64,000 nt of DNA from Nemertoderma westbladi (taxonomy: Eukaryota > Animalia > Xenacoelomorpha): NCBI GenBank assembly GCA_032718475.1, contig JAUCBJ010008122.1:1-64000 (forward strand), written 5' to 3'. Shown piece after piece: positions 46,836-61,700 of this stretch. Both the position numbers and the translations under genes were made by a program. Every line of letters begins with the position of its first letter. Positions within the stretch are counted from its first letter, which is position 1. The notes under the pieces were generated by a model. The model was not told the origin of the DNA, ran no database searches, and worked only from the letters and a program-made list of their open reading frames with translations.

Positions 46836-49292
46836 AAATTATGGAATGGATTATAGATATAATTAATAGGCCTCCAACATACATCTGAGCGGGCTTTAAT
46901 ACGCCATTACAGCATTCCAATGTTGCGATACGTAACGAAACAAAGTTTTTCCTTTTCCTTTCTCAAAATTGGCCCCAGCATATAAAAAAGGGCGCAAAAA
47001 ACATTGCTTTGCCACTGGCAATGTACGAACACACCCAAATGGATTAGAAAAACAAATCGAGGCCAACATATAGTGCATAGTACTGCAAGTAAAACAGAAG
47101 AGTGGGCACAGCGATAGCAAATTTGTTTGTATCATTTGTTTGTAGCCTTAGCCTAAGCCCTAGTACAGCTTGCTTTATTATTACTGTACCTCCAGGCAGT
47201 TCAATATTATTTTAGGCTTATGTAAAACTACATTTTAAGTGCGCTGTAGTCCTAATGTAATTCAGATTACATAGACATTAGACCTGGAACTGTAGTGCAC
47301 CCATAAAACCGTTAATAAATAGTAGCGTACCATGTATGGTCTAGGCCGTGGCGCATATGGGAGATTGTATTTGTAGTACGCTCCATCCAGGAAGGGGTTA
47401 ATAGCAGGCCTATAAATAATATTCAGAGTTTGAAAAAACTAATAATAATAGGAATTAATAATTTGAGGATATTTACTAAAATATATGTGATCATCATGAA
47501 TTTTTTTCATAGTGTCTTAATAGCAGATGATATGAAGTGATTAAATGTCTGTTATGATTATTCCAGTTGAAGTTCTTCCATCTAAGTACACGTTTGTGGG
47601 GCCTTCCCGCAGCACGAGGCCCAGTTATGAGATACAAATTAAAATTGAGCGACTGTATCACAAAATCAGGTTTTGAGAAATTTACCCACACCACCAATCA
47701 ATCCAACAAAGGGGGACAGTACGTGTTCACCCCTTTTAATGGGGTGAACTGTATAATTGTATAATTTTTAATTATAATTATTTAAATCTTATACTGTAAA
47801 ACAATTAATTTCCTTTAAAAGGCAGGTTGAAAATGGTGTTTTTACCGTAATCAACTTAATTAACTAATTAACTGCTATTATCTTAGCTTCTCGAAGGCCA
47901 CACGGAAATTCTACTTGGAAAATTTCTAAACTTTTGCCAAACAACATGTGTACCAAGTTTGGATAGATTTCATCAAAGATTGGCCGAGTTATTAACGTTT
48001 AAAATTGAACGCGACAGAACGACAGGTTGATTAATGGTACCACTACGCTAAGGCTCACTCACTTCGTGGCTCGCCCCACACGCTTACTCTACTTCCTTTG
48101 ATATTTCTACTTTTTGTCCCGCACTTTACGTAAAGTGTGGGACACCTGTTTACCACATAACACGAAACACCACAAACAAACTAAGTACTCCAGATTAAAG
48201 ATACATATATTTGTGCTTTACAAACGATATATCTTCATTCTATTATAATATGTCTATCCTGTACAAACAAAATAAGGTGTTCAGCGTAAAGTGCGGGACA
48301 TTATGATGTAAGCAGATTATGAGCACTGAATATTTAGACACAACTTTGTTTTAATTGACAGCAAATGATTTCATTGGAAAATATTATTTTTTTGCTTCGA
48401 AAAGTACTCTACTACTTTGCCTTCTGCCTAAAGCTACTCATAAAACGCGGTTGTCATATTATGCACTCATTTCACAGTATTTTTGCAGTTTGAGAGGTAA
48501 AGCCGAATAACACCAGATTTCAGAAAGTTAACCAATTTTGATGCGGTTTTTTGTATTAAATTTGTAAACCGCATCATATATTGGTTCTGAAAATTGATAG
48601 GAGAAGCAATAATTCACTTTTTTCAAAATTGACACTGCGGTTGACATTTGCATGGAATGAGCCTTTAGCGACAGCAAATTTGAACACTAGTGGTCGAATT
48701 TCTGGTTGAAAATGATGAACTCAGGGTTTTGTGGGTTTTATATCTTTCAATATTAAATTATTCAATTTTAATTAAGGTTTCAATGACAAATGCCAATTTT
48801 TTTTTGAATTATTATATTAAAAGAAAAATTATTAATAGAAGGACTATTATTAATAGGAGGGCTGGGGCTGTTAATAAGGCTGGTGGGTATACTAGGGGTA
48901 CCACCTACCTTACCTGTCTTACTTTCTTATTTTTCTTTGGACAAGCCTGGGCTGGGATAATGTGAATTCTATCTGGTCTGGATGCTAATGTTACTTTAAC
49001 AAAGTTTGCCTTGTGGCTTGCCTGAGGAGACATTTTCATTAAAGTGAATATACAATAAAATGTAAAATGTGTATAAATGTCATAGAAATGGGATCTTTGG
49101 GAGGGGGGTCACATGTTTTTATTTGGTTTTCTTATTATTTGCTTGTGTTCGTTAAAATCATAATTAAAAATTCAATATTTTGCATCAGTTATTAAGTATA
49201 GTGACCGTTTCTTTCAAGGGGGGGGGGGGGGGGGGGGGGGGGGCACGTGCCCCCGTACCCCCCCCCCCCCCCCCCCTCTGGATCTGCCCCTG
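45974..49292. mobile_element. Non-autonomous hAT-like element with poly-G/poly-C subtermini, containing nested insertions
   Basis: TIRs CAGTGGCGGATCTAG / CAGGGGCAGATCCAG (rc); ACTGTAGT follows the right end and occurs 3 nt before the left end (imperfect 8-bp TSD). Confidence 0.7.
46048..48664. mobile_element. Nested non-autonomous TIR element with repeated AAAGTG(C/T)GGGAC motifs
   Basis: TIRs AGGATCATTCCATGTAAA / AGGCTCATTCCATGCAAA (rc); TTA-like flanks; the motif recurs near 46063, 46244, 46442, 46464, 48132 and 48288. Confidence 0.65.
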
Positions 49293-50350
49293 ACTGTAGT
49301 ATGATTCTTTACCGACGATATTATTATTAAGAATGACAGCAAATTCATTCTACTCGGTACCGGTAGTGTATTGGTCTTAATTCAATCACAATGACTGCAT
49401 TTACTGAATCATTAGATCCTATACCTTTCTTCCTGTACACCGCACTGATTGACAACAGACTAAAAGCGCCTAAATCCTGTAGATAAATTACATTCATAAG
49501 CCATCATCGCAAAGCCCTGATTATAAAAAAAAACTATGCCCCGACCATGTAATAATGATGCACACCTAACTTCCAACCAAGACCTACAATTTTTTTTTCA
49601 AATTTTTTTAATTTCATCACGAGCAGATTTTTATCACGATTACAAATTTTAACCCATTTAGCAAGATCTCTTTTACTTCTTGAGATGTGGCAGTATGTCC
49701 GTTTGACTGTTCGTCAAAATATAACCGACGGCCTGAAAGTCAGACAACAGTTGTCAAGCCATCAAATGCGAAACTCACACTCGAAATGAATCCTTCGCTT
49801 GGGACTTCACTCGTACTGCCTTTTTTCCCGGCTTGTCCCCTTGATAATGCCTTCCGCTGTGAGGCGAAACTTACCGATCAGATGACTACATGCAACTGTC
49901 GACACTGTAGGTCTTGGTTGCCTTTTTAAATTGTGGTAACATGGCCATCTGGTACAGTACCTACTGATGCAGCAGCAGCTGTACATACATACCGGAAAGG
50001 TTTTTATTTAACTAGTTTGACGAATTAAAATTAAGACGATTAATACATATTTTTCGATAATTCAAGCCTTTATTTTATTTAATATCATGCAGAATATTGT
50101 AATAACCAGTAAAGATACCAAAACCAATAAAGTCGCACCTTTGTCAACATGTACTGATGTGGGTAGGCCTACATAAATTTTTAGCGAAAATAAGCGAATC
50201 ACATAATAGATCAGTAAAGCCACCAATAAAGCCACCACACCTTTGTCATTTCATAATAATAATAATAATAGGTAGCGAATTACGTAGAGTACAGTAGATA
50301 CTATAGAAATACCCACAACCAATCCAATGCAGCAATAAAGTCGAATTGTT

Positions 50351-51193
50351 TTATAAATCTCGACGGAAAATGTTGTTGTTGGCGTTGACTCCCCAAACTT
50401 CTCCGTTGTAATTGCTTACGCTGATTTGTCTCAACCCGCCTGCGACCTGCTTCCACACCGGATTTTGATTGTCACAAGAGATATTGTCAGCTTCGTAGAT
50501 TTTATCATCCACGCCTGTGGCCCAAAGGACACCGTTGGCTCCTGAGCTGATTGTCCGCAGCTTCAATTCTAGTTTGGAGATCCAGAGGGGAGTCGGTTCC
50601 AATGTGTTGCAGCGGAAGGATTTATCAAGATAGAAGTAGGTATTGGCAGTGTTGACTCCCCAGACGCCGGAATATCCGTAGGATATGTAGGAGAGACCGC
50701 CGGCTATTACGGTCCACCCTGTACCGACGTTGTCGGCGCAGGATATACCCGCTCTCTGGAAGATTTGGCCTCCCGCGTTGATACCATAAACTCCGTTGTC
50801 TATAGAGTTGACGGTGATTAGTGCCAATCCGCCGGCAACTTGGTTCCAACCACTTTCCCCTGTTGGTGTTGTTTCCGAGACATTTCCGCGGTAATAGATA
50901 CCTCCGCTGGGATGTATACCCCAAACGATGTCATGTCCGACAGCAATATTCTTCAAAGATCCATCAACGAGTTGCCACCTGGTTCCGGCTCCGGCTTTCT
51001 CATAAGTTCCCACCCTGTAGAAGATGTTGTTTGCGGCATTCACCCCCCACACTCCAGCCCTTCCTACATCAACGTGGGCGAGACCGCCGTCGATCAGTTG
51101 CCAATCTGATCCACTATAGTAAGCGTTTCCCGAGATAAACAACTGTGCGAACACAATGGTAACAATTAGTGCACGGTATTGGAATCGATTCAT
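50351..51193 (-). CDS. Secreted tectonin-repeat beta-propeller lectin (tachylectin-1 / fish-egg-lectin-like), intronless, 280 aa
   Basis: Signal peptide MNRFQYRALIVTIVFAQLFISGNA; about six repeats of W..(I/V).GGL..(I/V).VG...VWGVN....I(F/Y).R.G; ATG at 51193. Confidence 0.9.
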   Translation of the reverse strand: MNRFQYRALIVTIVFAQLFISGNAYYSGSDWQLIDGGLAHVDVGRAGVWGVNAANNIFYRVGTYEKAGAGTRWQLVDGSLKNIAVGHDIVWGIHPSGGIYYRGNVSETTPTGESGWNQVAGGLALITVNSIDNGVYGINAGGQIFQRAGISCADNVGTGWTVIAGGLSYISYGYSGVWGVNTANTYFYLDKSFRCNTLEPTPLWISKLELKLRTISSGANGVLWATGVDDKIYEADNISCDNQNPVWKQVAGGLRQISVSNYNGEVWGVNANNNIFRRDL

Positions 51194-51367
51194 TATTGTT
51201 GCAGCTACTGGAGTTGATTTGTCAAACTTGTGTCGCAAATATAACAGATTCAATTCCAAATTCGTTATTGAAATCAATGCGTACAGGTACAGTACACACC
51301 TATAATGGGAAAATAAGTATAATTATTTTAACTACGTAAAAGTGCGGAATAGGGTCGTGATGGTACT

Positions 51368-51457
51368 GAATGTGCTCTTTGAATGGAATGTGCTCTTTGA
51401 ATGGAATGTGCTCTTTGAATGGAATGTGCTCTTTGAATGGAATGTGCTCTTTGAATG
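51368..51457. repeat. Perfect 18-bp tandem repeat x5 upstream of the lectin gene
   Basis: GAATGTGCTCTTTGAATG x5, starting 175 bp from the ATG. Confidence 0.95.
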
Positions 51458-52754
51458 GACGCGAAACGAAACTGCAAACATCTACTGTATGACAATATTA
51501 TATTTATTAATCAAAAGGTAAACAAACACAAGAGTCTTGAACCCCAAAAACTACAAAAAATATAGAATCAGGACATTAATCCCAAAATAGTACTCAGCCC
51601 GTTTGAAATCAAAAATACATATCATATCGATATTGAATTGAAAGTGACATAGTCAGTAAGATAATGGTCCATGAAGCGCGCATTGTGCGTGTATGCCAAT
51701 GTTTGTTCCTTTTAACTCCGACCCCGCCTGGGGGTGTATATTATAATATTATTTAGAAATGCAAGCATTTCTGAACGAAATCATATATCTACTCTACTAC
51801 CATCAAAACTTACCTTTTTTGGTTATCTACAAAACGCCGATAACAAAAGTAAAACAAACTGAATTTTATTCCGTTGGTTCTTCCATAATATATAATAGTA
51901 TAAATACTAAGTTGTCAAGCAGATGTTTTTCCTACTATAATTTTTTCAAGAACTACATCTATTTGTTGATGTGGCTTCTTCCGATGTATAGTTATGAACA
52001 GTATTATTATCCAGTACCATTTGTTTGGGAAGTTGGAAACATCCACTGTAGACGCACTCTATGAGGATCGCTGGTATAGTTAGTTACTGTATAATAAAAT
52101 GGGCTTCATTCATCTGAGTCTAAATACTTGTAAAGGAAGGCCGCCTGCTTATCCTTCCTTGTCATACCGCTATTATTAGTATTTATATCGCTACAGACAT
52201 ATGTTTTTAGATATGTTAGGTTTGATCAAGAAATCAATCTACCGTTGCAAAATATTATTTCACAGAATTAGAGGTTGAAGTCAAAATAGTTCATTTGGTT
52301 TTAAAAAATCGAATTTTATTTTTTTACTTTTTCTAGAACGGAATTTTTTGGTAATTCTGAAACTGTAAACGAACTTTTCATATCTATTTTAGTTTTGGAG
52401 TTATTTGATTTTTTGTACACCTCACTCATTTTGAAATTATTATAAATTTAAGTGGCCAATTTTTGGTAAGATTGCTATTACTTTTTCAAACAATACCTAT
52501 CTAGATGTAAAGCATTGTACAGTATCCTAATGCGGAGACCCATGAGACCTCCAACCAATCGCTACCTCAGTTCTAAAACCGTGTAATTCAAAAATCTTGA
52601 AAAGTGCTTTTATTCGATATTTTGTTAGCAAATGTAATGAGCTGCATGATATAGTATGTTTAATTAGTCTGTTGGATGAATTTTTCTTCCCCAAATAAAG
52701 CACTTTCACTTATTACTGTACAAGCTACCACGGAAATGTTCATGTAACTTAAAG

Positions 52755-55700
52755 GCGTGGACATACACGGTTTTAAATCAGCGTTTTGGACTTACACGGT
52801 TTTAAATATCAGCATTTTGGACTTACACGGTTTTAAATCAGCGTTTTGGACTTACACGGTTTTAAATCAGCGTTTTAGACTTACATGGTTTTAAATCAGG
52901 GTTATGGACTTACACGGTTTTAAATCAGGGTTTTGGACTTACACGGTTTTAAATCAGCGATTTGGACTTACACGGTTTTAAATCAGCGTTTTGGACTTAC
53001 ACGGTTTTAAATATCAGCGTTTTGGACATACACGGTTTTAAATCAGCGCTTTGGACTTACACGGTTTTAAATCAGGGTTTTGGACTTACACGGTTTTAAA
53101 ACAGCGTTTTGGACATACACGGTTTTAAATCAGCGTTTTGGACTTACACGGTTTTAAATCAGGGTTTTGGACTTACACGGTTTTAAAACAGCGTTTTGGA
53201 CATACACGGTTTTAAATCAGCGTTTTGGACTTACACGGTTTTAAATCAGCGTTTTGGACTTACACGGTTTTAAATCAGCGTATTGGACTTACACGGTTTT
53301 AAATCAGCGTTTTGGACTTACACGGTTTTAAATCAGCGATTTGGACTTACACGGTTTTAAATCAGCGTTTTGGACTTACACGGTTTTAAATCAGCGTTTT
53401 GGACTTACACGGTTTTAAATCAGCGATTTGGACTTACACGGTTTTAAATCAGCGTTTTGGACTTACACGGTTTTAAATCAGCGTTTTGGACTTACACGGT
53501 TTTAAATCAGCGATTTGGACTTACACGGTTTTAAATCAGCGTTTTGGACTTACACGGTTTTAAATATCAGCGTTTTGGACATACACGGTTTTAAATCAGC
53601 GCTTTGGACTTACACGGTTTTAAATCAGGGTTTTGGACTTACACGGTTTTAAAACAGCGTTTTGGACATACACGGTTTTAAATCAGCGTTTTGGACTTAC
53701 ACGGTTTTAAATCAGGGTTTTGGACTTACACGGTTTTAAAACAGCGTTTTGGACATACACGGTTTTAAATCAGCGTTTTGGACTTACACGGTTTTAAATC
53801 AGCGTTTTGGACTTACACGGTTTTAAATCAGCGTTTTAGACTTACATGGTTTTAAATCAGGGTTATGGACTTACACGGTTTTAAATCAGGGTTTTGGACT
53901 TACACGGTTTTAAATCAGCGATTTGGACTTACACGGTTTTAAATCAGCGTTTTGGACTTACACGGTTTTAAATATCAGCGTTTTGGACATACACGGTTTT
54001 AAATCAGCGCTTTGGACTTACACGGTTTTAAATCAGGGTTTTGGACTTACACGGTTTTAAAACAGCGTTTTGGACATACACGGTTTTAAATCAGCGTTTT
54101 GGACTTACACGGTTTTAAATCAGGGTTTTGGACTTACACGGTTTTAAAACAGCGTTTTGGACATACACGGTTTTAAATCAGCGTTTTGGACTTACACGGT
54201 TTTAAATCAGCGTTTTGGACTTACACGGTTTTAAATCAGCGTATTGGACTTACACGGTTTTAAATCAGCGTTTTGGACTTACACGGTTTTAAATCAGCGA
54301 TTTGGACTTACACGGTTTTAAATCAGCGTTTTGGACTTACACGGTTTTAAATCAGCGTTTTGGACTTACACGGTTTTAAATCAGCGATTTGGACTTACAC
54401 GGTTTTAAATAGCAGCGTTTTGGACTTACAAGGTTTTAAATCAGCGTTTTGGACTTACACGGTTTTAAATCAGCGTTTTGGACTTACACGGTTTTAAATC
54501 AGCGTTTTGGACTTACACGGTTTTAAATCAGCGATTTGGACTTACACGGTTTTAAATATCAGCGTTTTGGACTTACGCGGATTTAAATCAGCGATTTGGA
54601 CTTACACGGTTTTAAATCAGCGTTTTGGACTTACACGGTTTTAAATATCAGCGTTTTGGACTTACAAGGTTTTAAATCAGCGTTTTGGACTTACACGGTT
54701 TTAAATCAGCGTTTTGGACTTACACGGTTTTAAATCAGCGTTTTGGACGTATACGGTTTTAAATCAGCGTATTGGACTTACACGGTTTTAAATCAGCGAT
54801 TTGGACTTACACGGTTTTAAATCAGCGTTTTGGACTTACACGGTTTTAAATCAGCGTTTTGGACTTACACGGTTTTAAATCAGCGTATTGGACTTACACG
54901 GTTTTAAATCAGCGATTTGGACTTACACGGTTTTAAATCAGCGTTTTGGACTTACACGGTTTTAAATATCAGCGTTTTGGACTTACAAGGTTTTAAATCA
55001 GCGTTTTGGACTTACACGGTTTTAAATCAGCGTTTTGGACTTACACGGTTTTAAATCAGCGTTTTGGACTTACACGGTTTTAAATCAGCGTATTGGACTT
55101 ACACGGTTTTAAATCAGCGATTTGGACTTACACGGTTTTAAATCAGCGTTTTGGACTTACACGGTTTTAAATATCAGCGTTTTGGACTTACAAGGTTTTA
55201 AATCAGCGTTTTGGACTTACACGGTTTTAAATCAGCGTTTTGGACTTACACGGTTTTAAATCAGCGTTTTGGACTTACACGGTTTTAAATCAGCGTTTTG
55301 GACTTACACGGTTTTAAATATCAGCGTTTTGGACTTACAAGGTTTTAAATCAGCGTTTTGGACTTACACGGTTTTAAATATCAGCGTTTTGGACTTACAC
55401 GGTTTTAAATCAGCGTTTTGGACTTACACGGTTTTAAATCAGCGTTTTGGACTTACATGGTTTTAAATCAGCGTTTTGGACTTACACGGTTTTAAATCAG
55501 CGATTTGGACTTACACGGTTTTAAATCAGCGTTTTGGACTTACACGGTTTTAAATCAGCGTTTTGGACTTACACGGTTTTAAATCAGCGTTTTGGACTTA
55601 CACGGTTTTAAATCAGCGATTTGGACTTACATGGTTTTAAATATTAGCGTTTTGGACTTACGCGGTTTTAAATCAGCGTTTTGGACTTACACGGTTTTAA

Positions 55701-58700
55701 ATCAGCGTTTTGGACTTACACGGTTTTAAATCAGCGTTTTGGACTTACACGGTTTTAAATCAGCGTATTGGACTTACACGGTTTTAAATCAGCGATTTGG
55801 ACTTACACGGTTTTAAATCAGCGTTTTGGACTTACACGGTTTTAAATATCAGCGTTTTGGACTTACAAGGTTTTAAATCAGCGTTTTGGACTTACACGGT
55901 TTTAAATCAGCGTTTTGGACTTACACGGTTTTAAATCAGCGTTTTGGACTTACACGGTTTTAAATCAGCGTTTTGGACTTACACAGTTTTAAATATCAGC
56001 GTTTTGGACTTACAAGGTTTTTAATCAGCGTTTTGGACTTACACGGTTTTAAATATCAGCGTTTTGGACTTACACGGTTTTAAATCAGCGTTTTGGACTT
56101 ACACGGTTTTAAATCAGCGTTTTGGACTTACATGGTTTTAAATCAGCGTTTTGGACTTACACGGTTTTAAATCAGTGATTTGGACTTACACGGTTTTAAA
56201 TCAGCGTTTTGGACTTACACGGTTTTAAATCAGCGTTTTGGACTTACACGGTTTTAAATCAGCGTTTTGGACTTACACGGTTTTAAATCAGCGTTTTGGA
56301 CTTACACGGTTTTAAATCAGCGTTTTGGACTTACACGGTTTTAAATCAGCGATTTGGACTTACACGGTTTTAAATATCAGCGTTTTGGACTTACAAGGTT
56401 TTAAATCAGCGTTTTGGACTTACACGGTTTTAAATCAGCGTTTTGGACTTACACGGTTTTAAATCAGCGTTTTGGACTTACACGGTTTTAAATCAGCGAT
56501 TTGGACTTACACGGTTTTAAATATCAGCGTTTTGGACTTACGCGGATTTAAATCAGCGATTTGGACTTACACGGTTTTAAATCAGCGTTTTGGACTTACA
56601 CGGTTTTAAATATCAGCGTTTTGGACTTACAAGGTTTTAAATCAGCGTTTTGGACTTATACGGTTTTAAATCAGCGTATTGGACTTACACGGTTTTAAAT
56701 CAGCGATTTGGACTTACACGGTTTTAAATCAGCGTTTTGGACTTACACGGTTTTAAATCAGCGTTTTGGACTTACACGGTTTTAAATCAGCGTATTGGAC
56801 TTACACGGTTTTAAATCAGCGATTTGGACTTACACGGTTTTAAATCAGCGTTTTGGACTTACACGGTTTTAAATATCAGCGTTTTGGACTTACACGGTTT
56901 TAAATCAGCGTTTTGGACTTATACGGTTTTAAATCAGCGTATTGGACTTACACGGTTTTAAATCAGCGATTTGGACTTACACGGTTTTAAATCAGCGTTT
57001 TGGACTTACACGGTTTTAAATCAGCATTTTGGACTTACACGGTTTTAAATCAGCGTATTGGACTTACACGGTTTTAAATCAGCGATTTGGACTTACACGG
57101 TTTTAAATCAGCGTTTTGGACTTACACGGTTTTAAATCAGCGTTTTGGACTTACACGGTTTTAAATCAGCGATTTGGACTTACATGGTTTTAAATATCAG
57201 CGTTTTGGACTTACGCGGTTTTAAATCAGCGTTTTGGACTTACACGGTTTTAAATCAGCGTTTTTGACTTACACGGTTTTAAATCAGCGTTTTGGACTTA
57301 CACGGTTTTAAATCAGCGTTTTGGACTTACACGGTTTTAAATCAGCGTTTTGGACTTACACAGTTTTAAATATCAGCATTTTGGACTTACACGGTTTCAA
57401 ATATCAGCATTTTGGACTTACACGGTTTTAAATATCAGCGTTTTGGACTTACACGGTTTTAAATCAGCGATTTGGACTTACATGATTTTAAATCAGCGAT
57501 TTGGACTTACATGGTTTTAAATATCAGCGTTTTGGACTTACGCGGTTTTAAATCAGCGTTTTGGACTTACGCGGTTTTAAATCAGCGTTTTGGACTTACA
57601 CGGTTTTAAATCAGCGTTTTGGACTTACGCGGTTTTAAATCAGCGTTTTAGACTTTCATGGTTTTAAATCAGCGATTTGGACTTACACGGTTTTAAATAT
57701 CAGCATTTTGGACTTACACGGTTTTAAATCAGCGATTTGGACTTACACGGTTTTAAATATCAGTGTTTTGGATTTACGCGGTTTTAAATCAGCGTTTTGG
57801 ACTTACACAGTTTTAAATCAGCGTTTTGGACTTACACGGTTTTAAATCAGCGTTTTGGACTTACACGGTTTTAAATCAGCGATTTGGACTTACACGGTTT
57901 TAAATATCAGCGTTTTGGATTTACGCGGTTTTAAATCAGCGTTTTGGACTTACACGGTTTTAAATCAGCGTTTTGGACTTACACGGTTTTAAATCAGGGT
58001 TTTGGACTTACACGGTTTTAAATCAGCGTTTTGGACTTACACGGTTTTAAATCAGCGATTTGGACTTACACGGTTTTAAATATCAGCGTTTTGGACTTAC
58101 GCGGTTTTAAATCAGCGTTTTGGACTTACACGGTTTTAAATCAGCGATTTGGACTTACACGGTTTTAAATCAGCGTTTTGGACTTACACGGTTTTAAATC
58201 AGCGTTTTGGACTTACACGGTTTTAAATCAGCGATTTGGACTTACACGGTTTTAAATATCAGCGTTTTGGACTTACATGGTTTTAGATCAGCGTTTTGGA
58301 CTTACACGGTTTTAAATCAGCGATTTGGACTTACACGGTTTTAAATATCAGCGTTTTGGACTTACGCGGTTTTAAATCAGCGTTTTGGACTTACACGGTT
58401 TTAAATCAGCGTTTTGGACTTACACGGTTTTAAATCAGCGTTTTGGACTTACACGGTTTTAAATCAGCGTTTTGGACTTACACGGTTTTAAATCAGCGTT
58501 TTGGACTTACGCGGTTTTAAATCAGCGTTTTGGACTTACATGGTTTTAAATCAGCGATTTGGACTTACACCGTTTTAAATATCAGCGTTTTGGACTTACG
58601 CGGTTTTAAATCAGCGTTTTGGACCTACACGGTTTTAAATATCAGCATTTTGGACTTACACGGCTTTAAATCAGCGTTTTGGACTTACACGGTTTTAAAT

Positions 58701-61700
58701 ATGCGATTTGGACTTACACGGTTTTAAATATCAGCGTTTTGGACTTACGTGGTTTTAAATCAGCGTTTTGGACTTACACGGTTTTAAATCAGCGATTTGG
58801 ACTTACACGGTTATAAATATCAGCGTTTTGGACTTACACGGTTTTAAATCAGGATTTTAGACTTACACGGTTTTAAATCAGCGATTTGGACTTACATGGT
58901 TTTAAATATCAGCGTTTTGGACTTACACGGTTTTAAATCAGCGTTTTGGACTTACACGGTTTTAAATCAGCGTTTTGGACTTACACGGTTTTAAATCAGC
59001 GTTTTGGACTTACACGGTTTTAAATCAGCGATTTGGACTTACACGGTTTTAAATATCAGCGTTTTGGACTTACGCGGTTTTAAATCAGCGTTTTGGACTT
59101 ACACGGTTTTAAATCAGCGTTTTGGACTTACACGGTTTTAAATCAGGGTTTTGGACTTACACGGTTTTAAATCAGTGTTTTGGAGTTACACGGTTTTAAA
59201 TCAGCGTTTTGGACTTACATGGTTTTAAATCAGCGATTTGGACTTACACCGTTTTAAATATCAGCGTTTTGGACTTACGCGGTTTTAAATCAGCGTTTTG
59301 GACTTACACGGTTTTAAATATCAGCGTTTTGGACTTACACGGTTTTAAATCAGCGTTTTGGACTTACACGGTTTTAAATCAGCGTTTTGGACTTACATGG
59401 TTTTAAATATCAGCGTTTTGGACTTACGCGGTTTTAAATCAGCGTTTTGGACTTACACGGTTTTAAATCAGCGTTTTTGACTTACACGGTTTTAAATCAG
59501 CGTTTTGGACTTACACGGTTTTAAATCAGCGTTTTGGACTTACACGGTTTTAAATCAGCGTTTTGGACTTACACAGTTTTAAATATCAGCATTTTGGACT
59601 TACACGGTTTCAAATATCAGCATTTTGGACTTACACGGTTTTAAATATCAGCGTTTTGGACTTAAACGGTTTTAAATCAGCGATTTGGACTTACATGGTT
59701 TTAAATCAGCGATTTGGACTTACATGGTTTTAAATATCAGCGTTTTGGACTTACGCGGTTTTAAATCAGCGTTTTGGACTTACGCGGTTTTAAATCAGCG
59801 TTTTGGACTTACACGGTTTTAAATCAGCGTTTTGGACTTACGCGGTTTTAAATCAGCGTTTTAGACTTTCATGGTTTTAAATCAGCGATTTGGACTTACA
59901 CGGTTTTAAATATCAGCATTTTGGACTTACACGGTTTTAAATCAGCGATTTGGACTTACACGGTTTTAAATATCAGTGTTTTGGATTTACGCGGTTTTAA
60001 ATCAGCGTTTTGGACTTACACAGTTTTAAATCAGCGTTTTGGACTTACACGGTTTTAAATCAGCGTTTTGGACTTACACGGTTTTAAATCAGCGATTTGG
60101 ACTTACACGGTTTTAAATATCAGCGTTTTGGATTTACGCGGTTTTAAATCAGCGTTTTGGACTTACACGGTTTTAAATCAGCGTTTTGGACTTACACGGT
60201 TTTAAATCAGGGTTTTGGACTTACACGGTTTTAAATCAGCGTTTTGGACTTACACGGTTTTAAATCAGCGATTTGGACTTACACGGTTTTAAATATCAGC
60301 GTTTTGGACTTACGCGGTTTTAAATCAGCGTTTTGGACTTACACGGTTTTAAATCAGCGATTTGGACTTACACGGTTTTAAATCAGCGTTTTGGACTTAC
60401 ACGGTTTTAAATCAGCGTTTTGGACTTACACGGTTTTAAATCAGCGATTTGGACTTACACGGTTTTAAATATCAGCGTTTTGGACTTACATGGTTTTAGA
60501 TCAGCGTTTTGGACTTACACGGTTTTAAATCAGCGATTTGGACTTACACGGTTTTAAATATCAGCGTTTTGGACTTACGCGGTTTTAAATCAGCGTTTTG
60601 GACTTACACGGTTTTAAATCAGCGTTTTGGACTTACACGGTTTTAAATCAGCGTTTTGGACTTACACGGTTTTAAATCAGCGTTTTGGACTTACACGGTT
60701 TTAAATCAGCGTTTTGGACTTACGCGGTTTTAAATCAGCGTTTTGGACTTACATGGTTTTAAATCAGCGATTTGGACTTACACCGTTTTAAATATCAGCG
60801 TTTTGGACTTACGCGGTTTTAAATCAGCGTTTTGGACTTACACGGTTTTAAATATCAGCATTTTGGACTTACACGGCTTTAAATCAGCGTTTTGGACTTA
60901 CACGGTTTTAAATATGCGATTTGGACTTACACGGTTTTAAATATCAGCGTTTTGGACTTACGTGGTTTTAAATCAGCGTTTTGGACTTACACGGTTTTAA
61001 ATCAGCGATTTGGACTTACACGGTTTTAAATATCAGCGTTTTGGACTTACACGGTTTTAAATCAGGATTTTAGACTTACACGGTTTTAAATCAGCGATTT
61101 GGACTTACATGGTTTTAAATATCAGCGTTTTGGACTTACACGGTTTTAAATCAGCGTTTTGGACTTACACGGTTTTAAATCAGCGTTTTGGACTTACACG
61201 GTTTTAAATCAGCGTTTTGGACTTACACGGTTTTAAATCAGCGATTTGGACTTACACGGTTTTAAATATCAGCGTTTTGGACTTACGCGGTTTTAAATCA
61301 GCGTTTTGGACTTACACGGTTTTAAATCAGCGTTTTGGACTTACACGGTTTTAAATCAGGGTTTTGGACTTACACGGTTTTAAATCAGTGTTTTGGAGTT
61401 ACACGGTTTTAAATCAGCGATTTGGACTTACACGGTTTTAAATATCAGCATTTTGGACTTACGCGGTTTTAAATCAGCGTTTTGGACTTACACGGTTTTA
61501 AATATCAGCATTTTGGACTTACACGGTTTTAAATCAGCGATTAGGACTTACACGGTTTTAAATCAGCGATATGGACTTACATGGTTTTAAATATCAGCGT
61601 TTTGGACTTACGCGGTTTTAAATCAGCGTTTTGGACTTACACGGTTTTAAATCAGCGATTTGGACTTACACGGTTTTAAATATCAGCGTTTTGGACTTAC

